A stretch of 64,000 nt of DNA. Origin: Sulfobacillus sp. GTDB taxonomy: Bacteria > Bacillota > Sulfobacillia > Sulfobacillales > Sulfobacillaceae. The stretch is taken from NCBI GenBank assembly GCA_027309085.1, contig DAIDDL010000002.1, positions 47,063-111,062 of the forward strand, written 5' to 3'. Within the stretch, counting starts at the first letter, position 1. Each line of letters opens with the position of its first letter. This document shows positions 27,032 through 36,436 of the stretch, piece by piece. The notes under the pieces are model-generated. The model saw only the letters and a program-made list of their open reading frames with translations, ran no database searches and was not told the origin of the DNA. A program made the position numbers and the translations under genes.

Positions 27032-27265
27032 GTGGAGCGAGCGAAGATTTTCCAGTCCGGACGGAGTCAGGCGGTACGCCTACCCAAGCAATTCCGGTTT
27101 GGGGGCACGGAAGTGTTTGTGAAGCGTGTCGGCACCGCAGTCGTATTGTTGCCCACAGCGGATGCGTGGGATTCACTGGCTAGGGCGTTGGATTTATTCT
27201 CGGACGACTATATGTCTGAACGTCACCAGCCACCTGAGCAGCAACCGCGTGAGGACCTGCATTAA
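27032..27265 (+). CDS. vapB: VapB antitoxin (AbrB/VagC type)
   Basis: AKIFQSGRSQAVRLPKQFRF; stop overlaps the vapC start. Confidence 0.92.
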   Translation: MERAKIFQSGRSQAVRLPKQFRFGGTEVFVKRVGTAVVLLPTADAWDSLARALDLFSDDYMSERHQPPEQQPREDLH

Positions 27266-27669
27266 TGCGGTACATGTTGGATACCAACATCTGCATCTAT
27301 CTCATCAAAACCCGCTCAGACACCTTGCTGAACCGGATGCGCGGATTTCGCACGGCCGAGATCGGGGTCTCTGTGGTCACCGTGGCTGAGTTGCGGTATG
27401 GCGTGGCGAAGAGTCAACAGACGGCGCGAAATCAGGCGGCCCTTGAGGCGTTCTTGTTGCCTCTGGACATCGCGAATCTTTCTATGGACACCACGGTAGT
27501 CTATGGCGAGATACGTGCGGACTTGGAGAAACAAGGACGCCCCTTCGGGCCCCTCGACACGCTGATCGCGGCGCACGCCTTATCCTTGGATGTTCCGCTG
27601 ATCACCAATAACACACGAGAGTTTGCACGGGTCGAGGGATTGCGCGTGGAAGATTGGACATCAACATAA
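27265..27669 (+). CDS. vapC: VapC PIN-domain toxin
   Basis: YMLDTNICI, AELRYG, GPLDTLIAAHA, ITNNTREF. Confidence 0.95.
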   Translation: MRYMLDTNICIYLIKTRSDTLLNRMRGFRTAEIGVSVVTVAELRYGVAKSQQTARNQAALEAFLLPLDIANLSMDTTVVYGEIRADLEKQGRPFGPLDTLIAAHALSLDVPLITNNTREFARVEGLRVEDWTST

Positions 27670-27830
27670 CCCATCCCCGCGTGTCGGACGTCATCATGAA
27701 CCGTTTTGGATCCATGCGGTCGATCAGCGCTCCGCCAATGACCGAGAACAGAATCTGCGGCAGACTCATCGCCCCCATGAGCAGTCCCAAAACTGTGGCT
27801 GAGTCGTGCGAAGGCCAACGACGTCCCAAT
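27670..27830 (-). pseudogene. MFS transporter fragment
   Basis: LLMGAMSLPQILFSVIGGALIDRMDPKRFMMTSD (MFS motif A-like) with no flanking ORF; it abuts the vapC stop. Confidence 0.55.
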
Positions 27831-27922
27831 AAAAGTCAAAAATTCACGATCAGTCTCACCTGCCTGCTGCGCGCAAGAAAATAAAAGGTCATATACAACG
27901 GCGGTTCCAAGTTCTCAAAAGA

Positions 27923-27946
27923 AAAGCGCCTCTTGCGAGGCGCTTT
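27923..27946 (-). terminator. Terminator after ylmC
   Basis: AAAGCGCCTC-TTGC-GAGGCGCTTT. Confidence 0.7.
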
Positions 27947-28199
27947 AGGCATCAGATGCCGCATGATACTGGTCAATCTCGACCAATATCACGTCTTCCC
28001 CTATTTTCCGGATCTGGTCCCAGGGAATGACCGTGTCGCGCTCCCGGCCAAACAGGCCCAGCAAGTGACTCGCTCCCGTAATCACCACGGCTTTCAGCCG
28101 GCCACCTTCCAGGTCCAGTTCCAAATCCCCGACAAAGCCCATGCGCCGGCCATCGACGACATTAATAACATCCTTGGTCCGCAATGCGGAGGTCTTCAC
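27945..28199 (-). CDS. ylmC: YlmC/YmxH-family sporulation PRC-barrel protein
   Basis: KTSALRTKDVINVVDGRRMGFVGDLELD..G...AVVI..IPWDQIRKIGEDVILV. Confidence 0.92.
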   Translation of the reverse strand: MKTSALRTKDVINVVDGRRMGFVGDLELDLEGGRLKAVVITGASHLLGLFGRERDTVIPWDQIRKIGEDVILVEIDQYHAASDA

Positions 28200-28265
28200 C
28201 ACAGGGCATCCCCCCATATACCCTATGTGGCGCCAGGGGCACCTAGACGGATTGGTGGATTCCTC

Positions 28266-28982
28266 TTAAATCCAGGCGAGGAGATGATTGACAATATGGG
28301 GAAGCTGCCAGCTCACCCGAATCTGCCCGTGGGCACGGTGGGGGACAGACGGAGGCAGGCGCACGGGAATGGCTGGCACGCTGACAGGGGCGGCAATAGG
28401 AGTCTGTGCAGGGGCTGGCGCCTTGGACACGGCCGCCGATGCCCGCACCGCATCAGAAGCCGGCACCGCCACCGCATTGCTCATGTCGATGAAACACAGA
28501 GAGGGAAACAGCACACACCACCAGTTGTGTCCGGCCCCGCGTCCCAACACGACTAACAGCGCCTGGTAGCGTCCGGCGGGCAGCACCCAGCTACCGTAGG
28601 CTTTCGTGGGAAATTCCGTTGTGGTGAGGCGCACATGGGCTCGGTACAGCGCATGGTGGGCCGCCAGCACCTTATTGGCGGCTTCCGTTATCGCCTGGAG
28701 GTGTTTCTCCAAAATCGCCTGCGCCTGGGGTTTGTTTTTGACATGGCTCAAGAGAGGGTCTAAAAGTGCCAGGACACTGTCGCGCACATCCAACTTGACC
28801 GCCTGGTCCACCGGGTTATCGGAATTGGCAATCACGCGAAAGCGGATCACCGGGGGCGGGGTGATAACCTGGGACGCGGCCGCGGGCCGGGAAATGGGGC
28901 CTGTGCTCTGGGGGCTGACCGGGGCGATGCTCCAGAGAAAACTTATCGCCAGCACGCTCAGTGCTATGTGCTTCAGCCACAT
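28266..28982 (-). CDS. spoIIR: Stage II sporulation protein R
   Basis: Signal peptide; IRFRVIANSD..DQAVKL.VRD, FPTKAYG...LPAGRYQAL...G.G.GHNWWCVLFPSLCF. Confidence 0.93.
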   Translation of the reverse strand: MWLKHIALSVLAISFLWSIAPVSPQSTGPISRPAAASQVITPPPVIRFRVIANSDNPVDQAVKLDVRDSVLALLDPLLSHVKNKPQAQAILEKHLQAITEAANKVLAAHHALYRAHVRLTTTEFPTKAYGSWVLPAGRYQALLVVLGRGAGHNWWCVLFPSLCFIDMSNAVAVPASDAVRASAAVSKAPAPAQTPIAAPVSVPAIPVRLPPSVPHRAHGQIRVSWQLPHIVNHLLAWI

Positions 28983-29755
28983 CAGATGTATTTCCTCATG
29001 TGCGTCAGCGCGGCTTTTTCCAGACGGGAGACCTGGGCCTGGCTGATCCCGATCTCATCCGCCACCTCCATCTGGGTTTTGCCGTCAAAGAACCGCATTG
29101 TCAGGATCAGCTTCTCGCGGTCGTTCAGCCGCCGCATGGCTTCCTTGATAGCCAGGCTCTCCAGCCAGTTGCGGTCATGGTTCTTCTCGTCGCTGATCTG
29201 ATCCATGACAAAGATCGGGTCGCCGCCGTCGTGGTAGATGGGCTCGAAGAGAGAGACCGGTTCTTGAATCGCATCCAGAGCATACAGCACCTCTTCCCGG
29301 GGGACGCTGAGCTCTTCGGCAATCTCGCTGATGGTGGGTTCCTTCGAGTAGCGGTGCACCAGCCCGTCACGCACCTGCAGAGCTTTGTAGGCAATATCGC
29401 GCAGCGAGCGGCTGACCCGGATGGGGTTGTTGTCACGCAGATAGCGCCGGATCTCGCCGATAATCATCGGCACCGCATAGGTCGAGAATTTGACGTTCTG
29501 ACCCAAGTCAAAATTGTCGATCGCCTTCATCAGCCCAATGCAGCCCACCTGAAACAGGTCGTCGCTGTGCTCTCCCCGGTTCTGGAAGCGCTGGATAACA
29601 CTCAGCACCAGCCGCAGATTGCCGTTAATCAGCTCGTCGCGCGCCGATTCGTCACCGGCCTGCATGACCTGGAACAATTCCCGCATCTTGACATTGCCCA
29701 ACACCGGCAGTTTCGCCGTATTGACACCAGGGATTTCAACTTTATTCAATGGCAC
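28982..29755 (-). CDS. sigG: RNA polymerase sporulation sigma factor G
   Basis: NKVEIPGVNTAKLPVL, DDLFQVGCIGLMKAIDNFDL, GKTQMEVADEIGISQAQVSRLEK. Confidence 0.97.
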   Translation of the reverse strand: MPLNKVEIPGVNTAKLPVLGNVKMRELFQVMQAGDESARDELINGNLRLVLSVIQRFQNRGEHSDDLFQVGCIGLMKAIDNFDLGQNVKFSTYAVPMIIGEIRRYLRDNNPIRVSRSLRDIAYKALQVRDGLVHRYSKEPTISEIAEELSVPREEVLYALDAIQEPVSLFEPIYHDGGDPIFVMDQISDEKNHDRNWLESLAIKEAMRRLNDREKLILTMRFFDGKTQMEVADEIGISQAQVSRLEKAALTHMRKYI

Positions 29756-29800
29756 GACCCTGATCCCTCCCCGGAGCTTCATCCTTATCGCTTCATTTGG

Positions 29801-29830
29801 CAGTATCACCAAACCGGAGTGAGGATATAC
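29801..29830 (-). promoter_or_regulatory. Sigma-F/G promoter of sigG
   Basis: GTATA-N15-GGTGATACTG, matching the sigma-F consensus GYATA-N15-GGnnAnAHTR. Confidence 0.8.
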
Positions 29831-29869
29831 AAAAAGCCCCGGAATTTGCCAAAAATTGGCTTCCGGGGC
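29831..29869 (-). terminator. Terminator between sigE and sigG
   Basis: Stem GCCCCGGAA/TTCCGGGGC with TTTTT on the minus strand. Confidence 0.7.
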
Positions 29870-29887
29870 GTCCGAGTCGGGAGAAGC

Positions 29888-30631
29888 TTATTCCATGCGG
29901 TGAAACTCCTTGCGCAGCCGCTTGATAATGCGTTTTTCCAGCCGCGAGATGTAGGACTGGCTGATTCCCAGAGAATCCGCCACCTCTTTCTGGGTTCTCT
30001 CATACCCGTCCATCAGCCCGAAGCGGAGCTCCATGATCCGCCTCTCCCGGGCATTGAGCTTGCTCAGCGCCCGTCTCAGCATCGTCCGGTCGACCTCGTC
30101 TTCGAGCCGTTTATAAATAATGTCGTTTTCCGTGCCCAGCACATCCGAGAGCAAGAGTTCGTTGCCGTCCCAGTCCACATTCAGCGGTTCATCGAAAGAC
30201 ACTTCGGAACGCGTGCGCGAATTCCGGCGCAGGTACATCAGAATTTCGTTTTCTATGCATTTGGAGGCATAGGTGGCGAGCTTGATTTTTTTCTCCACAT
30301 CAAATGTATTCACAGCCTTGATGAGTCCGATAGCGCCAATGGACACCAGGTCCTCAATGCCGATGCCCGTGTTCTCGAATTTCCGGGCGATATAGACGAC
30401 CAGACGCAGATTGCGCTCAATCAGGACGGACCGCACACTGTCTTCTCCTGATCCGAGCATATGCAGCAGATTTGCTTCCTCGTCGCCCGTCAGAGGCGGG
30501 GGCAGCGCTTCGCTGGACCCGACGTAATGAATTTCCGCATTGTCCTCTTCCATGCCCAGCAGCATCATAATCTGGGCCCTGAGCCGGTAAAGCCAGGACG
30601 TCTTCGGCTTTGGCTGCCACTGTGCGATCAT
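29888..30631 (-). CDS. sigE: RNA polymerase sporulation sigma factor E (pro-sigma-E)
   Basis: [67 protein letters not shown]. Confidence 0.97.
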   Translation of the reverse strand: MIAQWQPKPKTSWLYRLRAQIMMLLGMEEDNAEIHYVGSSEALPPPLTGDEEANLLHMLGSGEDSVRSVLIERNLRLVVYIARKFENTGIGIEDLVSIGAIGLIKAVNTFDVEKKIKLATYASKCIENEILMYLRRNSRTRSEVSFDEPLNVDWDGNELLLSDVLGTENDIIYKRLEDEVDRTMLRRALSKLNARERRIMELRFGLMDGYERTQKEVADSLGISQSYISRLEKRIIKRLRKEFHRME

Positions 30632-31506
30632 GCACCCACCCCTTCTTGATTTAGTGTAAGAATGCAGTCTGGAGAAATGAGAGCCCGGTAGGAGTGATCG
30701 GCGGACACTGTCTGGTTGGTGAAGGCCAGAGCCACAGGCGCCAATGCATGCCACCGCCCCTGAAATTGCCCCCGGGCCTCGTCCAGAGCCGTCACCGGGA
30801 GCACCCCCGACCCTCCGATGGACTGGTACACGACGCTTCCCAGCCGTCCCTGCCAGGGGGCGGGAACGGGCCCCGGGTGGCCCGCATGAAAAGAGGCGAC
30901 CCACGCCAGCACGTCATCCGGCAGCCATTCGATGGCTTGGCCCACTTCCATCACGATGACGGGGCGGCGCAAGACGGGGTCCCGCATGCGGTTGCCCGAG
31001 TCCCACAGGCAGGGTACGGTCAGGGTCCGGCTGTTCAGGGTCAGAGTGAGCAAACCTTTTTGCGCCTGGCCCAGATACTGGCGGATGCGCGGCCGGGGCA
31101 CAATCTTGCCGAACCCCCAGAGTACTGGAGGGACACTGATTCCGAGCAGCAGCCAGGAAGGAATTCCCGGAATCCAGCGCCCCAGCCATGTCAGCATGAC
31201 AAGCGCCACCCCTCCGGCCAGCACCGTGCACCCCGTGAAAATCAGGTAAGCCCGGGGCCACAGGCGCCATGGCAGCCTGCCTGCCGCAATCAGCACGATG
31301 GCCAGCGGCCACAGGAGGAGAAGTTCCCACGGGACGGCATAAAGATTTTTCTGCAGCAATACCCATAGGGTAGGCAGGGTGCCCACCACCGCTCCGAGCC
31401 CGATGCGCCACCCTTTGGGTTTTCTGTCCAGCAGCACTATGGTCAGCCGCAGCAGAGACCAGTCCATCGCATAGCTCACCGCCAGTGTGCCAACCGCACC
31501 GACCAT
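30628..31506 (-). CDS. spoIIGA: Pro-sigma-E processing aspartic protease
   Basis: N-terminal TMs, catalytic [11 protein letters not shown], position immediately upstream of sigE. Confidence 0.88.
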   Translation of the reverse strand: MVGAVGTLAVSYAMDWSLLRLTIVLLDRKPKGWRIGLGAVVGTLPTLWVLLQKNLYAVPWELLLLWPLAIVLIAAGRLPWRLWPRAYLIFTGCTVLAGGVALVMLTWLGRWIPGIPSWLLLGISVPPVLWGFGKIVPRPRIRQYLGQAQKGLLTLTLNSRTLTVPCLWDSGNRMRDPVLRRPVIVMEVGQAIEWLPDDVLAWVASFHAGHPGPVPAPWQGRLGSVVYQSIGGSGVLPVTALDEARGQFQGRWHALAPVALAFTNQTVSADHSYRALISPDCILTLNQEGVGA

Positions 31507-31586
31507 AGGCTCATCCCCTTTCAGTCCCCACGTCAATCTATCCCATGGATATGCTGCCAGCGGTTCGGGTATGTCTGACACTTGCT

Positions 31587-31619
31587 ATTCTAAAAAGATG
31601 GCGCCGCAAAGAGTGTCAG
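31587..31619 (-). promoter_or_regulatory. Putative Spo0A-dependent sigma-A promoter of spoIIG
   Basis: CTGACA-N21-TAGAAT; the over-long spacer resembles that of the B. subtilis spoIIG promoter. Confidence 0.4.
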
Positions 31620-31650
31620 TTCACTTGGGACGGGAGATAAAGTTGACGAC

Positions 31651-31677
31651 AAAAAAACCGCCCCACGAAGGAGGCGG
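31651..31677 (-). terminator. Terminator after ftsZ
   Basis: CCGCCTCC..GGGGCGG followed by TTTTTTT. Confidence 0.75.
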
Positions 31678-31692
31678 GACAGCCACAGAAAA

Positions 31693-32760
31693 TTAGTTGC
31701 GGCGGCGCAAAAAGGCGGGGATATCGAGATCGTCATTGTTGGCGAAGGGTTTGATTTCCACTTCCTCGCGCTCCCGCATGTCAGTTTCCGGACGGGGAAC
31801 CATGCGGTCACCGGAGAAGCCTGTCGCAATCACCGTAACCCGCACTTCATCTTTCAGGTTCTCATCAATCACGGCGCCAAAAATGATATTAGCCTCGGGG
31901 TCGGCCGCCTGGATGACAATCTCCGCAGCTTCGTTGACCTCAAACAAAGCTAGGTCGCTGCCGCCCGTAATGTTCAGCAGCACCCCGCGGGCGCCGTCGA
32001 TGCTGGTCTCCAGCAAGGGACTGGAGATAGCGGCCTTGGCGGCCGCGGCCGCCCGGTTCTCTCCCTGGCTGACCCCCACTCCCATCAGCGCGGACCCCAT
32101 TTCCGACATGATGGTCTTGACGTCGGCAAAGTCCAGATTGATCAGGCCCGGCACGGCAATGAGGTCGGAAATGCCCTGGACGCCTTGGCGCAGCACATCA
32201 TCAGCGATCCGGAACGCCTCCATGATCGATGTCCTCTTCTCCACCACCTGCAAGAGGCGGTCATTGGGAATCGTGATGAGGGTATCGACTTTGGCTTTCA
32301 GGGTCGCCGCCCCTTTTTCCGCGAAATTCTGGCGGCGGCGTCCCTCGAAGGTAAAGGGTTTGGTGACCACTCCCACCGCCAGCGCGCCCACTTCCTTGGC
32401 CACCTCGGCCACAATGGGCGCGGCGCCGGTCCCGGTGCCGCCCCCCATTCCCGCGGTGATAAACACCATGTCCGCCCCTTTGAGGGCGTCCGCAATCAGC
32501 TCGCGGCTCTCTTCTGCGGCCTTGGAGCCAATATCGGGATTGGCTCCCGCTCCCAGCCCCTTGGTCAGCTTGGTCCCGATTTGCAGGCGTGTCGCGGCCA
32601 TCGACAGCGCCAGTGCCTGGGCGTCCGTATTGATAGCAATAAATTCCACGCCTTTGAGTCCAGCCTGGATCATGCGGTTTACGGCATTGGTGCCGCCGCC
32701 GCCCACCCCTATGACTTTTATGACCGCAAAGTTTTCATCCGACTGATCAAATTCCAGCAT
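31693..32760 (-). CDS. ftsZ: Cell division protein FtsZ
   Basis: [32 protein letters not shown]-terminal [10 protein letters not shown]. Confidence 0.99.
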   Translation of the reverse strand: MLEFDQSDENFAVIKVIGVGGGGTNAVNRMIQAGLKGVEFIAINTDAQALALSMAATRLQIGTKLTKGLGAGANPDIGSKAAEESRELIADALKGADMVFITAGMGGGTGTGAAPIVAEVAKEVGALAVGVVTKPFTFEGRRRQNFAEKGAATLKAKVDTLITIPNDRLLQVVEKRTSIMEAFRIADDVLRQGVQGISDLIAVPGLINLDFADVKTIMSEMGSALMGVGVSQGENRAAAAAKAAISSPLLETSIDGARGVLLNITGGSDLALFEVNEAAEIVIQAADPEANIIFGAVIDENLKDEVRVTVIATGFSGDRMVPRPETDMREREEVEIKPFANNDDLDIPAFLRRRN

Positions 32761-32793
32761 GCAAAATCCTCCCTGTCTGACGCATCCGCTCAG

Positions 32794-33990
32794 TTATTTC
32801 CACAAATTCACCCAAAATTGCACTGCCCGCCGCCATCCTGACTCCGGTTCCCGCGTCTGCGCCTGTTGGGCACCGGCCTTCGCCACCCCTACGACCGTTG
32901 CGTAGCCGGGGCTGCGGGAGAGATCTGACAGCCCCCCCAGCCCGAAAGGTGTTCCCAGCCGCACCGGCCAGCCCCAGCGCTCTTCCAGGTGGGACCCCAG
33001 CCCTTTGAGGAGGGCTCCTCCCCCGGTCATCACCACTCCTGCGGACGGTCCCTTGGTCCATTCAATGCGCTGCAGGTGCTGCTCGACATAATCGGTCCAC
33101 TCGTCCACCCGGGCCGCCACAATGTCCTGCAGCTCCTTGATCGGGATAAGCTTCACGGACTGGCCGCTCACCGCCCGCACCTCGAGCGTCCCTTCCCGCT
33201 CCGAACCCACTGCGGCATGCTCCAGCTTGAGCCGTTCGGCTTGGGTTGGCACCACCCCCAACCCCACGGACAGGTCTGAAGTAATGGACTCCCCTCCCAA
33301 AGGAATGACCCCAAAATATTCCAGGTGCCCCCCGCGGTATACCGAAATCCCGGTCGTGCCCCCTCCGACATCGAGGTGGACAACCCCCACCTGCCTCTCG
33401 TCGGCGGTCAGAACCGCCGTCGCCGACGCCTCCGGCGCCGGCACGAGGGACGCCACGCTGAACCCTGCCATGCTGACCACATGTCTGAGGTTGCGGATCA
33501 CGGTCGACAGCCCGGACACCACAAACACGTCCGCCTCCAGCGTATGGGCAACCATGCCCTGGGGGTCAGCCACTCCCCTGAACCCGTCGACGGCTATTCC
33601 CCGCCTGATGACCCGCACCATTTCCCGCTCACTGCCCAAATCCACATGCGCAGCCCGGGCCAGTACGCTGCGCACGTCTTCATCGCGGATGACGCCCGAT
33701 TTCAAAGAAATTTTGGCCTGCCCCGGTGTGATGGTCAAATGATCGCCATTGATGGCCACTGCCGCCTGCGCCAAGTCGGACCCTGCCATGCTGTTGGCGC
33801 GGTTGGCGGCATCCCGGATCGCAAGGGCGACCCGCTCCACCTCAAACACCAGCCCCCGGCGCATCCCCACCACAGGAGTGGCGGCAATGCCCAGCACTGC
33901 GAGTTCGCCGTCAGGCTTAGCCTCAGCCACCAATGCGGAAACTTTTGTCGTTCCCACGTCTAGGGCGAGCATTAGTTGGCGTTTAGGCAC
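32794..33990 (-). CDS. ftsA: Cell division protein FtsA
   Basis: LDVGTTKV, LDVGGGTT, IPLGGESITSDL, AERLKLE, VVMTGGGALL. Confidence 0.96.
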   Translation of the reverse strand: MPKRQLMLALDVGTTKVSALVAEAKPDGELAVLGIAATPVVGMRRGLVFEVERVALAIRDAANRANSMAGSDLAQAAVAINGDHLTITPGQAKISLKSGVIRDEDVRSVLARAAHVDLGSEREMVRVIRRGIAVDGFRGVADPQGMVAHTLEADVFVVSGLSTVIRNLRHVVSMAGFSVASLVPAPEASATAVLTADERQVGVVHLDVGGGTTGISVYRGGHLEYFGVIPLGGESITSDLSVGLGVVPTQAERLKLEHAAVGSEREGTLEVRAVSGQSVKLIPIKELQDIVAARVDEWTDYVEQHLQRIEWTKGPSAGVVMTGGGALLKGLGSHLEERWGWPVRLGTPFGLGGLSDLSRSPGYATVVGVAKAGAQQAQTREPESGWRRAVQFWVNLWK

Positions 33991-34250
33991 ATCACACCTC
34001 CGGTCGGTAGTCTCTACAATACTTCCCTTTTCCTTTTCTCTCTGCGGGGTCGATATTCCTGCATTTATTGCGGAGAATACTGTAATTTTGTCTCATGGCA
34101 GGCCATGGAACCCGGAAAAGGAGCTTGGCCAATGTTGCGGCGCCAGCACTCCCCTGCCCTCAGGCCGCTTTCCGCCTCGCCTGCCGTCCAATCTATCTTA
34201 ACAGGTATTGGGTATACCATGTAGTCATGCCAATAATTTCCACTATCCGC

Positions 34251-35507
34251 TCAGCGGGCCTGGATCTCCGCTCCGAGAGAGCGCAGGCGCAGGTCCAGAT
34301 GCTCGTAGCCGCGCTCGATGATCTCCCGCCCGGCGATGACGCTCTCGCCTTCGGCCATCAGAGCCCCGATGACGAGGGCCGCGCCGGCCCGCAAGTCTGG
34401 CGCCGTCACATAGGACCCGTGCAGCCCGTGGCCCCCGTAAATGAGGGCCACCCGCCGGTCGGCAATAATCTGCGCGCCCATGCGCCGCAGTTCGGCCGCA
34501 TGCCCCAGCCGGCTCTCAAACACCTTCTCCGTCACCAGGTGCACTCCCGGCACAGACAGCAGGAAGGTCATGAACTGGGGCTGGCAGTCCGTGGCAAATC
34601 CCGGATAGGGGCCGGTAGCCACCGACACCGGGAAGGGGCTGAATCGCCCTTCGCTGACCACGTGCACGGTTTCCGCATCGATTTCCTCAATGCGGACCCC
34701 AATGTCCTGAAGGCGCCCCCACAGTCCGGGAAGGTGGTCCACCATGCAGTTGCGCACGACTAAATCCCCGCCCACGGCCGCCGCCGCCAGAACGAACGTC
34801 GCCGCTTCCACGCGGTCGCCGATAATGGTGTGCTCCGCGCCCCCCAATGAACCGGACCCGCTGATGCGGATTTCGGGGGTGCCGGCCCCCCTCACGGTCG
34901 CGCCGATGCGCTCCAGGAACTGGGCCAGGTCCACAATCTCCGGCTCCATGGCCGCGTTGCGGATCCGGGTTTCCCCCTCGGCCATGGACGCCGCCATCAT
35001 CACATTCTCCGTCGCCCCCACACTGGGGAACGGGAAGTGGACCTCGCGCCCGGTCAGCCGCTTGGCCCGCAGAATGGTGCGCCCGCCCTCATCATCCACC
35101 ACCGCTCCCAAAGCCGTAAGCCCGTACAAGTGCAGGTCAATAGGCCGGTCCCCTATCGCGCAGCCGCCGGGCTGCGTCGCCTCTGCCGCCCCCAGTTTGG
35201 CCAGAAGAGGTCCCAGAAGAAATATTGAGGCCCGCATTTCCTGCATGAGTTCCGCTGGCACGACATAGTTATTAAGAGTCCGGGGATCGACCAGCACGTC
35301 ACGGCCGACCCGCTCCACCGTTACGCCAAGCGAGCGCAGCACCTTGGTCATCACCTGAATATCGCGCAGCTCCGGCACATCGTGCAGCACCACCGGCTGA
35401 TTGGCCAGCACGGTGGCGGCCATAATCGGCAGAGCGGCATTTTTTGCGCCATTTACCCGCACGGTCCCTGTAAGCCTTCTCCCGCCTCGCACCACAAATT
35501 CTCCCAT
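34251..35507 (-). CDS. murA: UDP-N-acetylglucosamine 1-carboxyvinyltransferase
   Basis: GAKNAALP, MRASI, PGGCAIGDRPIDLH, SVGATEN, PDLRAGAAL. Confidence 0.96.
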   Translation of the reverse strand: MGEFVVRGGRRLTGTVRVNGAKNAALPIMAATVLANQPVVLHDVPELRDIQVMTKVLRSLGVTVERVGRDVLVDPRTLNNYVVPAELMQEMRASIFLLGPLLAKLGAAEATQPGGCAIGDRPIDLHLYGLTALGAVVDDEGGRTILRAKRLTGREVHFPFPSVGATENVMMAASMAEGETRIRNAAMEPEIVDLAQFLERIGATVRGAGTPEIRISGSGSLGGAEHTIIGDRVEAATFVLAAAAVGGDLVVRNCMVDHLPGLWGRLQDIGVRIEEIDAETVHVVSEGRFSPFPVSVATGPYPGFATDCQPQFMTFLLSVPGVHLVTEKVFESRLGHAAELRRMGAQIIADRRVALIYGGHGLHGSYVTAPDLRAGAALVIGALMAEGESVIAGREIIERGYEHLDLRLRSLGAEIQAR

Positions 35508-36436
35508 GTTGCCTCGAATCCTCCCTCTCCTGGCCCTATCCACCGCACTTCAGGCCGCAACTGGACAGCATAACGCGCAAACACCGCAGACCGGAGGCGG
35601 CGCATCAGGCTCAGGACATCATGGGCGGTCGCGTGTCCCCGGTTGACAATGAAATTCGCATGCGCAGCGGACACTTCCGCGTCGCCCACATACCATCCTT
35701 TGGCGCCCAGGGCCTCAATCAGGCGCCCCGCATAGTCGCCCTCGGGATTTTTGAAGATGCTGCCAGCGTTAGGGTCCCCGACCGGCTGGGTTTTTTTCCG
35801 GTAAGCCATATGGTGGCGCATGCTTTCGAGAATCGCCGGCGGGTCTTTGGGATCCAGATGCATGGTGGCCTCCACGGCGATCCACGCGTGAGTCATAAAG
35901 GCGCTGCGGCGGTAGCTGAATTCGGCCTCTTCGGGCGCAAGCGCGCGGAGTCCGGCCTTTGGCTGCCAGATGACCATCTCCCACACCACATCCCGCATTT
36001 CCGACCCGTGCGCCCCGGCGTTCATCACCAGTGCACCCCCCAAGGTTCCGGGAATGCTGACCGCGAATTCCATGCCTCCCAAAGACGCCTGCTGGGCTTT
36101 ATGCGCCAGCTTGGTGAGAAGCACCCCCGCTCCCGCCACCAGAGTCTGCCCGCGCGCCTCGACGTAGCGCAGCGCCCGCGAGGTGGAAATCACCACCGCA
36201 TCAATCCCCTGGTCGGAGACCAGCACGTTGGTCCCCTGTCCCAGCACAAAGTAGGGGAGAGACTGGCCCTCTACCCAGTCCAGCGTGCGCACCAGATCCT
36301 CTTTTGTGCCGGGCTGCACATAGACCGAGGCGGGGCCCCCAATCCGGAATGAGGTATGCCGGGCGAGAGGTTCATTAAGACTCACCGCCCCTACATCCAG
36401 TCTACGCAGATCCCCTGCCACGCGTTCCGAGTTCAT
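35453..36436 (-). CDS. murB: UDP-N-acetylmuramate dehydrogenase
   Basis: HTSFRIGGPA, IPGTLGGALVMNAGA, NAGSIFKNP, HANFIVN. Confidence 0.96.
   Translation of the reverse strand: MNSERVAGDLRRLDVGAVSLNEPLARHTSFRIGGPASVYVQPGTKEDLVRTLDWVEGQSLPYFVLGQGTNVLVSDQGIDAVVISTSRALRYVEARGQTLVAGAGVLLTKLAHKAQQASLGGMEFAVSIPGTLGGALVMNAGAHGSEMRDVVWEMVIWQPKAGLRALAPEEAEFSYRRSAFMTHAWIAVEATMHLDPKDPPAILESMRHHMAYRKKTQPVGDPNAGSIFKNPEGDYAGRLIEALGAKGWYVGDAEVSAAHANFIVNRGHATAHDVLSLMRRLRSAVFARYAVQLRPEVRWIGPGEGGFEATWENLWCEAGEGLQGPCG

Noticed and set aside
28961-30451. 496-aa plus-strand ORF
   Set aside because: Antisense shadow of sigG/sigE; no recognisable domain.
31697-32746. 349-aa plus-strand ORF
   Set aside because: Antisense shadow of ftsZ caused by GC-rich codon bias; no motifs.
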